Below, piece by piece: positions 49,807 through 59,991 of a stretch of DNA of 64,000 bases. The DNA is from Acidimicrobiia bacterium (lineage in GTDB: Bacteria > Actinomycetota > Acidimicrobiia > Spongiisociales > JAENVV01): the NCBI GenBank assembly GCA_041586155.1, contig JBFHAT010000006.1, positions 20,486 to 84,485 of the forward strand, read 5' to 3'. Each line of letters begins with the position of its first letter. The stretch's first letter is position 1. Under the pieces are notes generated by a model. The model did not search any database and was not told where the DNA came from. It saw only the letters and a list, made by a program, of their open reading frames with translations. The position numbers and the translations under genes were made by a program.

Positions 49807-50732
49807 GACTTCAATACCTTGTCGATCGAGTCGGCCATGAGGTTCACTCCAATCACCAGGGTTCCGATCGCCAGAGCCGGGAACACCGTCGGCCACCACA
49901 CTTCCGCCGTGATCTGCTGGTAATTCTGGGCGACGTCCACGCCCCAGTTGGGGTCGGTTGCGTTCCCGCCCGACAAGCCGAGGAACGCCAGGGTGGCGAG
50001 CGTGAAGATCGCATAGCCGAGTCGAACGGTGACTTCCACGATCACGACCCCGATGATGTTGGGGAAGATCTCTCGCGCGATGATGAACAGGCTTCTCTCA
50101 CCGCGCATCCTGGCTGCCGTCACATAGTCGAGTTGGGACTCCGCCAGCGTGGCAGCCCTGACGGTTCGGGCGATCGCCGGAATGAACAGGAAGCCGATGG
50201 TGCCGATGATCACCGGCGTCGTTGCACCGAACGTGAACACGATGACGATCGCCAGCAGGATCGCCGGTATCGAGAGGACTGCCTCGAGGATCCTGCTGAT
50301 GACCTCGTCGATCCAACCCTTGAAATAGCCGGTGAGCAAACCCAACAGGGTGCCGAAGAACGCAGAGATCAGAGTGGCGGCGGGTGCCGCGATGAGAATG
50401 GGCCTCGCCCCGTGTACCACACGCGAAAAGACGTCCCGGCCCAGCCGGTCGGTTCCGAACCAGGCCGTCCCGTCGGGCGGTGTGCGCCGCAGCGAATCGC
50501 CCGCGGCGTTGACGACCGTGCCCTTGGGGTCGAATCGGTCCAGCAATTCGGGAAATACACCGGACACGATCCAGAAGCCGATGATGATCGCACCGATGAG
50601 GAAGCTGGGGCTGCGGAACAGGAGGCGACGCTGTTCCCTGCGAACCTGGGCGCGGGTTGCCGCCGCGAATGCCCGGTCGGCGCCCGAGGCGACGTCCTGG
50701 GTGGTCTCGATCTCTTCAGGCGTGGTGGTCAT
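49803..50732 (-). CDS. ABC permease (DppC-like)
   Basis: FGTDRLGRDVFSR, DYVTAARMRGE. Confidence 0.95.
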   Translation of the reverse strand: MTTTPEEIETTQDVASGADRAFAAATRAQVRREQRRLLFRSPSFLIGAIIIGFWIVSGVFPELLDRFDPKGTVVNAAGDSLRRTPPDGTAWFGTDRLGRDVFSRVVHGARPILIAAPAATLISAFFGTLLGLLTGYFKGWIDEVISRILEAVLSIPAILLAIVIVFTFGATTPVIIGTIGFLFIPAIARTVRAATLAESQLDYVTAARMRGERSLFIIAREIFPNIIGVVIVEVTVRLGYAIFTLATLAFLGLSGGNATDPNWGVDVAQNYQQITAEVWWPTVFPALAIGTLVIGVNLMADSIDKVLKS

Positions 50733-51691
50733 CCGGCCTCACTGATGCTCAGTCGGGCCCGCGGGTTCATCCAAGCAATGACGAGGTCAGCCGCCAGCGT
50801 GGCCACCATGTAGATGATGGCCACGGTCAGCACACCGCCCCGCAAGAGGGGATAGTCGGCGCTGTCGACCGCGTCGAAGATCAACCGGCCCAGCCCCGGG
50901 TAGTTGTAGATCAGCTCGAGACCCACCATGCCTCCGAAGAGGTAGCCGAGCTGCGTGCCGACGACCGCCACGGTTGGCAGCAACGAGTTGCGGAGCACGT
51001 GCTTGCGGAAGACCTCAGACGTGCTCAGACCACGCATGAATGCGGTACGTGTGTAGTCCGCCTCCATCGCCGTGATCGTGCTCGCTCTCGTGATACGTGC
51101 GATGTACCCGAAGTACACGGTCAGCACGGTGAACACCGGCAGCAACAGATACTGCATCTGCGTGAGCACGCTGGCGCCGTCGGGTGGATCCGCCACGACG
51201 CGGAAGAACCCGATCGGAACCGCCAGCAACACCAGGAACAGCGCCCCGACCACGAACTCGGGAAGCGATGAGAGAGCAACCCCGACATTGACGATGACCC
51301 GATCCATCCACGAGTCGCGCTTGTAAGCCGCCCACAGCCCACCGGCGATGGAAACCGGCAGCACCAGAGCAAGCGCGAACAACACCAGCTTGGTCGAGTT
51401 CCACAACGACGTGAGCACGAGGCTGGACACGGCGGTCCCAGGGCGGGTGAAGGAGTCGCCGAAGTCGAAGCTCAGTGTGGCGGTAGCGACATCTTGCAGC
51501 TGCTCCAGCACGGACTTGTCGAGGCCCAGCGACTCGGTGACGGCCTGCAGGCGCTCCGGGCTTGCCGTGCCACCGGCGATCTTGCGGGCTGGGTCGCCGG
51601 GCGCCAGGTTCGGGATGAGGGTGATCAGCACCAGGATGATCGCCAGCGTGACGGCAGACAGAAGAAGTCGGCGAACGATGAACCGTGTCAT
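50729..51691 (-). CDS. ABC permease (DppB-like)
   Basis: PGDPA, DFGDS, DYTRTAFMRGL, HVLRNS, PGLGRL. Confidence 0.95.
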   Translation of the reverse strand: MTRFIVRRLLLSAVTLAIILVLITLIPNLAPGDPARKIAGGTASPERLQAVTESLGLDKSVLEQLQDVATATLSFDFGDSFTRPGTAVSSLVLTSLWNSTKLVLFALALVLPVSIAGGLWAAYKRDSWMDRVIVNVGVALSSLPEFVVGALFLVLLAVPIGFFRVVADPPDGASVLTQMQYLLLPVFTVLTVYFGYIARITRASTITAMEADYTRTAFMRGLSTSEVFRKHVLRNSLLPTVAVVGTQLGYLFGGMVGLELIYNYPGLGRLIFDAVDSADYPLLRGGVLTVAIIYMVATLAADLVIAWMNPRARLSISEAG

Positions 51692-51768
51692 CTCGTTGCC
51701 TCGTCCCGCATCACGTCTTGGACCTTAGCCATTTGGCCCCGAGAACGCCTCTGGGAGGGCCGATTAGA

Positions 51769-51799
51769 TGGGTGGGGCCGGATGAACCGGCCCCACCCA
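51769..51799 (-). terminator. Intercistronic hairpin after the solute-binding protein gene
   Basis: 13-bp stem tgggtggggccgg-atgaa-ccggccccaccca without a U-tract. Confidence 0.7.
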
Positions 51800-51813
51800 G
51801 TCCAGTGATAGCG

Positions 51814-53568
51814 CTAGGCGCTCTTGCTTGCCTTCTCGAGCTTCATGTGGCCGAGCGCCGTCACCTGCACACCCGACACGGACTCATCGTGGCCCGACAG
51901 ATAGTCGAAGAAGAACGGGTACAGCGCCGGCGCGTCCTCGTGGAGGAGTTGCTGGATCTGACCGACAGCCGCCCTCTGGCCATCGACATCGATCGCCGCC
52001 TGATACTCGGCAAAGAGCCGGTCGAACTCCGACGAGGCGTAGTTCGAGGAATTCCAGTCACCGTCCGTCTCCAGAGCGCGACCGAAGTACACGTCTGGCG
52101 TGGGACGGTGGCCGTAATCGACGATGCCGATCTCGGCAGACGCACCACACGGCAGCCCCGGACCGCCGGTGTCGGGCTGGGCGCCCCAGGGGGCGCCGGC
52201 GCACCAGTACTCGCCGTAGAAGTCCGAGTTGGCAGTGACGTTCACACTGAGGGTGATCCCCGCCTCAGCGCAGTTCTGCTCGACGATGGCACCCATGTCG
52301 GGGCTGGCGAGGATATCGCCAACCTGGATCGTGGCGGTGAGTCCCTCGGCTCCCGCCTCCGCCAGCAGCGCCCTGGCCATATCGAGGTCCCGTTCCCGCT
52401 GCGGCGTCGCATCGGGATCGAAGAACGGCAACGTCGGATGCACCGGATGATCGTTGCCGACGATGGCAAAGCCGTCGAACAGCGTGTCCACCATCTGCTG
52501 GCGATCCAGGCAGAAGCCGATCGCCCGCCGGACCCGAGCGTCGGTGAACGGGCCACCATCGGGGAGCTGCGTGTTGAACCACAGCTGTCGATGGTTGGCG
52601 GACGGCGGCTTGAGCACCGTGAAGGCGGCGTCGTTCAGCAAGCTGGTGCCATCGATGACGCCGAACTGCTGGATCATGTCGATCTCACGCGCTTGCATGG
52701 CCGACACGCGGGCACCCTCCGATTGGAACCCTCTCAAGCTGATCTTGTCGAGGATCGGACGCCCGCCCCAGTAGTTCTCGTTGGCGGTGAACACCGTCGT
52801 GAACGTCGTGGGGTCATGGCTCTCGTAGATCCACGGACCGGTGCCCGCCTGAACGGCGTCGAGCGTGGTCCCGCTCGAGTAGTCCACCGGGGTGATCAGC
52901 GACTGCGGGTTGTAGATCGAGATCAGGACCGGCAGGTTGCCGTTGGCAGAGTCGAGGTTGACGACCGCGGTCAAGTCGTCGGGCGTCTCGACAGCGCCTT
53001 CGCTGACGACGCCGGCCAGGCCGGCGCCGACCTCGACCATTCGGTCGATGGTGGCAGCGACGTCGGCCGACGTGAAGGGCGTACCGTCGTGCCAGGTGAT
53101 GCCGTCTCGGAGGTTGAACGTCCACACCGTGCCGTCTTCGTTCGGCTCCCACGACTCGGCCAGACCGGTGGGGCCGATGTTGCCGTCCTCAGCGAGACCC
53201 ACCAAGTACTCGAAGCTCTGCGACAGCACCGAATACGTGCCGAGGTCGAGCATGTTGAGCGGATCGAGACCCGAGTTGGCGTCGCCAAACTGGATCCCGA
53301 TGGCGAGTTCCCCGCCTTGCTGGGGTGCCCCGGTCGTGCCGGGAGCGCCACCCGCCGCCGTGGTGGCGACCGCCCCGGCCGTGGTGTCTGTGGCGCCTCC
53401 TCCGCAGGCGGCGATCACACCTGCCATCGTCGACATACTCAAGCCGAGGATGGCGCCTCGCTTCAGAAAATCCCGTCGAGAGATCGAGCCCTGTGCGTAG
53501 TGCTCGATCAGATCCACTTCGAGAGGGCTCGCGTTCCTCCGAATGAAGTCCAGCCGTTTCCAGTTCAT
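51814..53568 (-). CDS. ABC family-5 solute-binding protein, Tat lipoprotein
   Basis: SRRDFLK, IAAC lipobox, LAESWE, WTFNLR..WHDG, GTGPW. Confidence 0.95.
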   Translation of the reverse strand: MNWKRLDFIRRNASPLEVDLIEHYAQGSISRRDFLKRGAILGLSMSTMAGVIAACGGGATDTTAGAVATTAAGGAPGTTGAPQQGGELAIGIQFGDANSGLDPLNMLDLGTYSVLSQSFEYLVGLAEDGNIGPTGLAESWEPNEDGTVWTFNLRDGITWHDGTPFTSADVAATIDRMVEVGAGLAGVVSEGAVETPDDLTAVVNLDSANGNLPVLISIYNPQSLITPVDYSSGTTLDAVQAGTGPWIYESHDPTTFTTVFTANENYWGGRPILDKISLRGFQSEGARVSAMQAREIDMIQQFGVIDGTSLLNDAAFTVLKPPSANHRQLWFNTQLPDGGPFTDARVRRAIGFCLDRQQMVDTLFDGFAIVGNDHPVHPTLPFFDPDATPQRERDLDMARALLAEAGAEGLTATIQVGDILASPDMGAIVEQNCAEAGITLSVNVTANSDFYGEYWCAGAPWGAQPDTGGPGLPCGASAEIGIVDYGHRPTPDVYFGRALETDGDWNSSNYASSEFDRLFAEYQAAIDVDGQRAAVGQIQQLLHEDAPALYPFFFDYLSGHDESVSGVQVTALGHMKLEKASKSA

Positions 53569-53765
53569 TTCCCATTACCTCCGCATGTTCGGCAGGCGCA
53601 ACGTCCCGGCACCCAGGGGCCGATTGGCCGACGGCATTCCTCCGACGGCAGTGCGTCGCCTTCCGGAGGCACGATAGGGACTGGCCGGAGTGGTTACAAC
53701 CGAAAGGTCATTCGGTGACGAACGCCGGACACGACCCGATCATGCGATCTCGTCCTCGGATTCGC

Positions 53766-54482
53766 CTACTCGGCGAGCCCCAGTTCGGCTTTCAGCTCGT
53801 CGAGCTTGGCCTCCGCCCCGGCGATCGAGATGGCGTCCCGTAGCTCGGCCTCGGCGCCTTCCGGCGTCACCTCTCGCAACTCCGTGCGGGCTTTGGCGCC
53901 TGCCAGTCGACCCTCGATCTTCTCCTCGACCTTGTCGAGGCTGGGAGCATCGAGTTCCATCGAAGCCGAGATCGACTCGACGGCTCGATTCACAGACTCC
54001 TGCATCTCGGCCTGGCGCAGCTTTCCGACGAGTTCCATCCGCTTGGCCGCCAGTTCCTGCAACCGCATTGCGTTCGATTGCACCGCCTTCTTGGCATCGT
54101 CGGACTGCGCAACCGCCACCTCGTACTGCGACTTGAGGCCGTCGAGATTGCTCTCGGCTGCCTGGAGTTTCATGGCCTGGGCCTGGGCGGCCTGCGTCCA
54201 CTTGGAGACCTGGTCCTCTTGGCCCGCCGCCTTCGCCTCCTCGGCTTTCAACAGCGCCTTCTTGGCGATCTCGCGCGATTCCCCGACCGTGTCGGCCGCC
54301 TTCTCGATCTTGGATTCGAGTTGCGTGCGGTGAGCGATGACCTTCGCAGCTTGGTTGCGGAGCTCCTGATCACGTTTCTTGGCTTCGTTGATCGCCTGCT
54401 CGATCTCGATCTCCGGGTCCATGGCGCGCTCGGTGGTCACCCGGAAGAGCGTCTTCAAGTACCCCCATAACCTCTTAAACAT
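53766..54482 (-). CDS. pspA: PspA/IM30 family protein
   Basis: MFKRLWGY, DPEIEIEQAI, long coiled coil, APSLDKVEEKIE, KLDELKAELG. Confidence 0.93.
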   Translation of the reverse strand: MFKRLWGYLKTLFRVTTERAMDPEIEIEQAINEAKKRDQELRNQAAKVIAHRTQLESKIEKAADTVGESREIAKKALLKAEEAKAAGQEDQVSKWTQAAQAQAMKLQAAESNLDGLKSQYEVAVAQSDDAKKAVQSNAMRLQELAAKRMELVGKLRQAEMQESVNRAVESISASMELDAPSLDKVEEKIEGRLAGAKARTELREVTPEGAEAELRDAISIAGAEAKLDELKAELGLAE

Positions 54483-54533
54483 CGTCCGTCCTTCGGTCTT
54501 GGCTCGTCCGTATCTTATCCCTCGCACCCGGCG

Positions 54534-55826
54534 TCAACGCCGCCGGCTGCCTCGGCTTCGTGTCCCACTGCGCGAACGAGTCCGCCGGCCCCGACTCCGG
54601 GTGCCCCGCGAGCCGGTGCGGCCGCGAGACGTAGATGGAGATGGGATGCGCGGGCGCCGACTCGTGCCCGGGGATGGCGCAGGCACCCGCTTCCCCCGGC
54701 GAGCCGGCCGTGGTGGGCGCCCCAGGTCGTAGCCGATGGTGGAGCCTCCCACCAAGATCTGAAACGCATCCAGCCAATCGAACCCGAGACCCCCATGAGT
54801 ACGGGGTGCCTGCGGCGCGGGTACTGGGCGGCCCCCGACGTTGATGTCGCGCGGCTGCACCTGCTCACCCCGCGCGAGGCGGGCCTTGCACTGCCTACAG
54901 ACGGCCACCGTTCGCGAGCCCGCTGGTGTTTCGAGCACGGCCTCTTCGGTGCCGGCGCCGTGATTCGGATCGAAGAAGCACGCCGCCGGGCGGTCGATGG
55001 GCCGATCCGGGATCGGACGCCCATCCAAGGCCGCTTCGACCGCCTCCAGCTCCCAGCGAGCTTCATCGAGTCGATCCGACAGCGACGCCAACTCTCCGAG
55101 CTCGTCGGCCTCCGGTAAATCTCGCTGCACGCCGGTGAAGGTCTCGCTTGCCGACCGATAGAGCGTCTCGACGTCCGGACGATCGACCGTGCCGACGCGA
55201 TCCGACAGATCGACGATGTAGTTCGCAACCACGGCAATCTGTTCGTCCAACTCTCGCTTGGCCTCATCGAGGCGCCGCTGCTCCGAGGCGGCGCGCTCGG
55301 CGCGACCTCGCCTCATCACCAGCCAGACGCCTCCCACCACCAGCGCAATCAACCCCACTGGAATCAGCCATGCCAAGCCCGAAGCGGACGAGGCGCCCGA
55401 ATCACCCGGCGTCAACGTGTCTGCGAACGCGGCCAGACCCTCGGCCGGGCCGGTATCGAACGCTCTGACCGCCTCGTCGATGGCAGCTTCGACCGTTGCG
55501 TCGTCGTACCGATCACTCGCCCAGCCGATCTCGGTCGGCGACACGACCAGCACCGTACCGCCGACCTCTCGCTGCAGTTGATCCGCCAAGGCCAGCGTGT
55601 CGACGCTCTCCGTCAACTCGACGAGATACAACTCTGGGTCGGCGAGACCTCCGACGACGGCCGCCACGCTCTGCGCGACCAGATCTGAGCGGTTCTCCAG
55701 GTAGTAGCCGTCCATGACGAGGGCATCGACGATCTCGTCGTCCTGAGCGAGTGCGGGAGCCGCGACGAGCAGTGCGATGATCGAGGCCGCGACCCACAGC
55801 GGCACGGTGTTCGCCCTCGATCGCAT
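54534..55826 (-). CDS. Single-pass membrane protein: TPM-like ectodomain, coiled coil, putative Zn site, Arg/Ser tail
   Basis: Signal peptide, GGTVLVVSP, TM LIPVGLIALVVGGVWLV, CFFDPNHG...CRQC. Confidence 0.8.
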   Translation of the reverse strand: MRSRANTVPLWVAASIIALLVAAPALAQDDEIVDALVMDGYYLENRSDLVAQSVAAVVGGLADPELYLVELTESVDTLALADQLQREVGGTVLVVSPTEIGWASDRYDDATVEAAIDEAVRAFDTGPAEGLAAFADTLTPGDSGASSASGLAWLIPVGLIALVVGGVWLVMRRGRAERAASEQRRLDEAKRELDEQIAVVANYIVDLSDRVGTVDRPDVETLYRSASETFTGVQRDLPEADELGELASLSDRLDEARWELEAVEAALDGRPIPDRPIDRPAACFFDPNHGAGTEEAVLETPAGSRTVAVCRQCKARLARGEQVQPRDINVGGRPVPAPQAPRTHGGLGFDWLDAFQILVGGSTIGYDLGRPPRPARRGKRVPAPSPGTSRRPRIPSPSTSRGRTGSRGTRSRGRRTRSRSGTRSRGSRRR

Positions 55827-56294
55827 CTACGGAGCGAGCAAGCCGGCCACGCGCTCGGCATGGCCCTTCGCCTTGACGTTGTACAGCGCACGCTCAACAC
55901 GGCCGTCGGGGCCGACCACGATGGTCGAGCGGATCAGACCGACGTACTCGCGCCCGTAGTTCACCTTGGTACCCCAAGCGCCAAAGGCCTCAGCCATCGC
56001 ATGATCGGGGTCGCTGAGCAGGTCGAAGGGGAGCTCGTATTCGGCTCGAAACTCCGCTTGTCTGGCCACCGGGTCGGGACTCACCCCGAAGATGCGATAG
56101 CCGGCCTCGGTGAGTGCTTCCGTTCGATCCCGGAAGTCACACGACTCGGTGGTGCAACCCGGCGTGAACGATTCGGGATAGAAGTAGATGATCGCACCCT
56201 GCCCGCGAACGTCGTCGTGCGTCACCACGTCGTCGTTCTGGTCGCGAACCGCGAACTCCGGGATGAGATCGCCCGCTTCGAGCCTCTCGGTCAT
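55827..56294 (-). CDS. bcp: Peroxiredoxin Bcp/PrxQ
   Basis: YFYP, TPGCTTESC, GVSPD, LLSDPD, IRST. Confidence 0.95.
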   Translation of the reverse strand: MTERLEAGDLIPEFAVRDQNDDVVTHDDVRGQGAIIYFYPESFTPGCTTESCDFRDRTEALTEAGYRIFGVSPDPVARQAEFRAEYELPFDLLSDPDHAMAEAFGAWGTKVNYGREYVGLIRSTIVVGPDGRVERALYNVKAKGHAERVAGLLAP

Positions 56295-57085
56295 GCGTCC
56301 CCCAGCTCCCGAGACCGCCGTGCCGCCGCCGCCAGAGCGCGGTGCACCAGCCCCCGAAAGTCGCCCTCGTCGAACACTTCGAGCGCCGCCTGGGTGGTGC
56401 CTCCTGGTGATGTCACTCGTACACGCAACGCGTCGGGCCCGTCGGGCGATTCTGCAAGCAGATGGGCAGCTCCCACCAGCGTCTGCTCGACGAGCCTCGT
56501 CGCGGTTGACGGGTCGAGGCCCAGGTCCTTCCCGGCCGCCATCATCGACTCGGCGAGCAAGAAGACGTACGCCGGCCCCGAGCCGGACACGGCGGTCACC
56601 GCGTCCAGATCAGCTTCGTCCACTTCGACGACATCACCGACCGCACCGAGGATGTCGCGTGCCTGGTTCACATGGAGGGGGGTCGCATGCGCGCCCCCAG
56701 CGAGCGCAGTCATCCCCCGCCCGATCAATGCCGGCGTGTTGGGCATGCAACGCACGATCGCCACGGGCCCGAGATGCTGTTCCAGCACCCGAGTGGGCAC
56801 GCCCGCCACGACCGAGATGACCAGCTCGTCATCCAAGCCTTCCAGCGGCGCGAGGGCTTCGGCCAGATGCTGCGGTTTGACGGCCAGGACGATCACTCGC
56901 GCTCCGACCGCCGACATGATGTCGTCCGACGTGGTCAAGCCGGCGGCGGCGAAATCGCTCCGCACCTGATCGGAGGGGTCCACGACCAGGAGGCCGCCTG
57001 GGTCGTGGCCTTCCTCGAGGAGCCGGTGGATGATCGAACCGCCCATCGCTCCACCACCGACGAATGCGATCGAAGTCACGACCAC
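56291..57085 (-). CDS. proC: Pyrroline-5-carboxylate reductase
   Basis: GGGAMG, LAVKP, RCMPNTP, SGSGPAY, VTSPGGTT. Confidence 0.97.
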   Translation of the reverse strand: MVVTSIAFVGGGAMGGSIIHRLLEEGHDPGGLLVVDPSDQVRSDFAAAGLTTSDDIMSAVGARVIVLAVKPQHLAEALAPLEGLDDELVISVVAGVPTRVLEQHLGPVAIVRCMPNTPALIGRGMTALAGGAHATPLHVNQARDILGAVGDVVEVDEADLDAVTAVSGSGPAYVFLLAESMMAAGKDLGLDPSTATRLVEQTLVGAAHLLAESPDGPDALRVRVTSPGGTTQAALEVFDEGDFRGLVHRALAAAARRSRELGDA

Positions 57086-57717
57086 TCCCGCAACGCCACC
57101 TGCTGAATCAGGTGGATGACGGTGCCGACCGCACCAGGGTTGAAGCCCTCGGGGATGATCAAATCGGCATACCGTTTCGACGGCTCGACGAACTGCAGGT
57201 GCATGGGGCGAACCGACTCGAGGTACTGGTCGATCACCGATCCGGCCGACCGGCCGCGCTCCTCGATATCTCGTCGCAACCGACGGGCAAGACGCAGATC
57301 GGGTTCGGTGTCGACGTAGATCTTCAAGTCCATCAGGGCACGAAGATCGGGCTCTGCCAGAACGAGAATCCCTTCCAAGATGATCACGGGAGCGGGGTCG
57401 ACACGTCTCGTGTGTTCGGCCCGTAGGTGTTGCGAGAAGTCGTACTGAGGGATGTCCACCGGCTGCCCGGCCACCAGCTCGCTGACGTGTTTCACGAAGA
57501 GATCGGTTTCGAGTGAATTGGGGTGGTCATAGTTGATCGCGGCTCGTTCCTCGAAGGTGAGGTGCTCGTTGTTGCGGTAATAGGCGTCGTGCTGAATCAG
57601 CACGGCATCCGGGCCAACCTCGGCCATCACCGTCTCGGCGATCGTCGTCTTGCCTGAGCCCGAACCGCCTGCCATGCCGATGACGAGAGATCGTGGTGCT
57701 CCGCTTGGCCATTTCAT
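57076..57717 (-). CDS. udk: Uridine kinase
   Basis: GGSGSGKT, DAYY, NYDHP, EGIL, RDIEERGR, FVEPSKRYAD. Confidence 0.97.
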   Translation of the reverse strand: MKWPSGAPRSLVIGMAGGSGSGKTTIAETVMAEVGPDAVLIQHDAYYRNNEHLTFEERAAINYDHPNSLETDLFVKHVSELVAGQPVDIPQYDFSQHLRAEHTRRVDPAPVIILEGILVLAEPDLRALMDLKIYVDTEPDLRLARRLRRDIEERGRSAGSVIDQYLESVRPMHLQFVEPSKRYADLIIPEGFNPGAVGTVIHLIQQVALREWS

Positions 57718-57905
57718 CGAACTGAGCGTAGTGGGAGCATCGATGGGTCCGACTCGGGCAAAGGGTGTTGACGTGCCGTCGTAACGACGGCGACTTGCTC
57801 GTACCGCACCTGCGGTTGCCAGGCGAGCCGAAACATGCGCCGACCGGCGTGTGGCGGGGCCGACGGGAGCGGAAGCATCGCAGCCCGCACGCTACGATCG
57901 TTCAG

Positions 57906-58460
57906 ATGCCGGACAAGCTCCCGTGGACGGGTGATGATGACGCCGATCGCCTCTTGGCGTCCCAGCCGCTTGCGCTACTGATCGGGATGCTGCTCGATCA
58001 GCAGTTCCCGATGGAACGCGCCTTCGCCGGCCCGCACATCCTCCAAATCCGGTTGGGGCGTCCCCTCGACGCCGAGGACATCGCCGAGGTGCCCGAGGAC
58101 GACCTGGTGGACATCTTTCGGGGTCCGCCGGCGATCCACCGCTACCCCGCCTCGATGGCCAAGCGAACCCAGGCGCTGTGTCGCATGATCGTCGACGAAC
58201 ACCAGGGCGACGCCGCCAACGTGTGGGAAGAAGCGACGGACGCCAAGGACCTGTATCGACGGCTGCGGGCGTTGCCCGGCTACGGTGAAGCGAAGGCGCG
58301 CATCTTCGTCGGCATTCTCGGCAAACGACTCGGCGTCGCTCCCGATGGCTGGGAGGAGCAAGCAGCTGACTGGGCGTCGATTGCCGACGTTGCGAGTTTC
58401 GATGACATCGCCGAGCTGCGCGAAGCAAAGCGGCTGGCCAAGGAATCGGCCAAGAACTAG
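57906..58460 (+). CDS. HhH-GPD-type protein (actinobacterial family)
   Basis: LALLIGMLLDQQFPMERAF, PPAIHRYP, LPGYGEAKARIF, SIADV. Confidence 0.92.
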   Translation: MPDKLPWTGDDDADRLLASQPLALLIGMLLDQQFPMERAFAGPHILQIRLGRPLDAEDIAEVPEDDLVDIFRGPPAIHRYPASMAKRTQALCRMIVDEHQGDAANVWEEATDAKDLYRRLRALPGYGEAKARIFVGILGKRLGVAPDGWEEQAADWASIADVASFDDIAELREAKRLAKESAKN

Positions 58461-58501
58461 TCGCACAGGCTCAGGTCGACCGCCTCGAAGGTCCCCAGGT
58501 C

Positions 58502-59011
58502 TCACAGGTCGAAACGCAACACCACCCACGTGACGAAGAGCGCGCCGATCACCAGCCCGAACGCCAGCTGAACGAGCGTGCTGAGCCCGAAGCCCACCAA
58601 CACGCCCTTGGTCGATGTCCACGCGAGGGACCGGTTTCGCGTTCGGTAGAACTCGGCGCCGAACACTCCGGCGATCCCGCCGACGATGAAGCCCACGACC
58701 GGGATGGCGAAGAAACCCACGATGGCCCCCAGGCCCCCGAACAGGGTCGACATTCGCGAGGCTCCCCGCTTCTCGACCTGCTTCTGGGGGATGCGGATCA
58801 TGAGAATGTAGGCCCCGAGCGTCAGCAGGGTGACGGCACTCATGATGATGATCCCCGTCGTGTCGTAGCCGACGATCGCTCCATAGACGAGCAGCGCTAC
58901 CCAGGCGACGACCAGGCCAGGAAACGCGGGGACGACGGTGCCGACGAGGGCGACGGCGACGGCGCCCGCCGCGGTGATCGTGGCGAGGAGCTCGAGGGGG
59001 TTCGGTCGCAT
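58502..59011 (-). CDS. DUF456 membrane protein
   Basis: GTVVPAFPG, GAIVGFFAIPVVGFIVG. Confidence 0.88.
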   Translation of the reverse strand: MRPNPLELLATITAAGAVAVALVGTVVPAFPGLVVAWVALLVYGAIVGYDTTGIIIMSAVTLLTLGAYILMIRIPQKQVEKRGASRMSTLFGGLGAIVGFFAIPVVGFIVGGIAGVFGAEFYRTRNRSLAWTSTKGVLVGFGLSTLVQLAFGLVIGALFVTWVVLRFDL

Positions 59012-59037
59012 GCCGGGAGTGTACGGAGACGGGTCGG

Positions 59038-59991
59038 TCAGGGTTGCTCGGGCCGGGCGATGTGAAAGAGGGCATCACCTTGGGTGACGATCGGATTCTG
59101 ATTCAGGCCGATCACCATCCCACCGATCGGAGCCTTCACGACCGCTGGCTTGACGCCGCCCACTTCGACGATCCGACCGAGGGTGGCCCCTTTGTCGACC
59201 ATGTCTCCGGGACTCACGTCCGTGCGCAACAGCCCGGCTTTTCTCGCCCTGACCCAACTCGAGCGGTCAAAGAACGCGGTCTGCGGTGGACGTCCTTCAG
59301 GAGGTGCGATCATCCCGAGATGGGCCAAGACGCGCAGCGCACCCGCAACACCTGCTTCGATCACCTGGTTCTCGAAACGCTGGGCTTGCCCACCTTCGAA
59401 CAACAGGACCGGAGATTCGGCGTGGGCGGCGGCGTCTCGCAGCGAGCCATCCCGCGCTTTCGAGTGGATCGAGGCGCGAGCGCCGAAGACCTCGGCCAGT
59501 TTGCGGGTCTGCGGGTCGCTCAGATCGGCCCGGATCTGGGGGACGTTGACGCGGTGGGCGGTGGCCGTGTGGAAGTCGATGCCCACCGCAGAGTCGACGA
59601 CGATGTTGTCCATGAACAGGCGCGCCAGCCGCGACGCCAGCGATCCTCGCCGCGAGCCGGGGAACGCCCGGTTCAGGTCACGACCGTCCGGAAGGTACCG
59701 CGACTGATTGAAGAACCCGAACACGTTGACAACGGGCACCGCGACGATGGTGCCGGCCAGCGATCTCGGGTGCCCGACCGCCGCCAGCACGCCGTCGATG
59801 ATCTCTACCCCGTTGACCTCGTCGCCATGGATGGCAGCGCTCAGCCAGACCCGGGGCCCTTCCTTGCGGCCGTGCAGCACCTTGATGGGCATCGACACCC
59901 AGCCGCCGGCAGGAAGCCGGGCGACCGGGATCTCTATATCGGCTTTGCGGCCAGGTTTGACAGAGTGGCCGCCGATCTCCAGGTCGCTCAT
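59038..59991 (-). CDS. Succinylglutamate desuccinylase/aspartoacylase family (M14) deacylase
   Basis: [26 protein letters not shown]. Confidence 0.93.
   Translation of the reverse strand: MSDLEIGGHSVKPGRKADIEIPVARLPAGGWVSMPIKVLHGRKEGPRVWLSAAIHGDEVNGVEIIDGVLAAVGHPRSLAGTIVAVPVVNVFGFFNQSRYLPDGRDLNRAFPGSRRGSLASRLARLFMDNIVVDSAVGIDFHTATAHRVNVPQIRADLSDPQTRKLAEVFGARASIHSKARDGSLRDAAAHAESPVLLFEGGQAQRFENQVIEAGVAGALRVLAHLGMIAPPEGRPPQTAFFDRSSWVRARKAGLLRTDVSPGDMVDKGATLGRIVEVGGVKPAVVKAPIGGMVIGLNQNPIVTQGDALFHIARPEQP

Noticed and set aside
55827-56294. Additional selenoproteins (Bcp, rhodanese, ferredoxin, Fe-S oxidoreductase) or tRNA-Sec
   Set aside because: All use ordinary Cys codons in uninterrupted ORFs, and no tRNA cloverleaf was recognised
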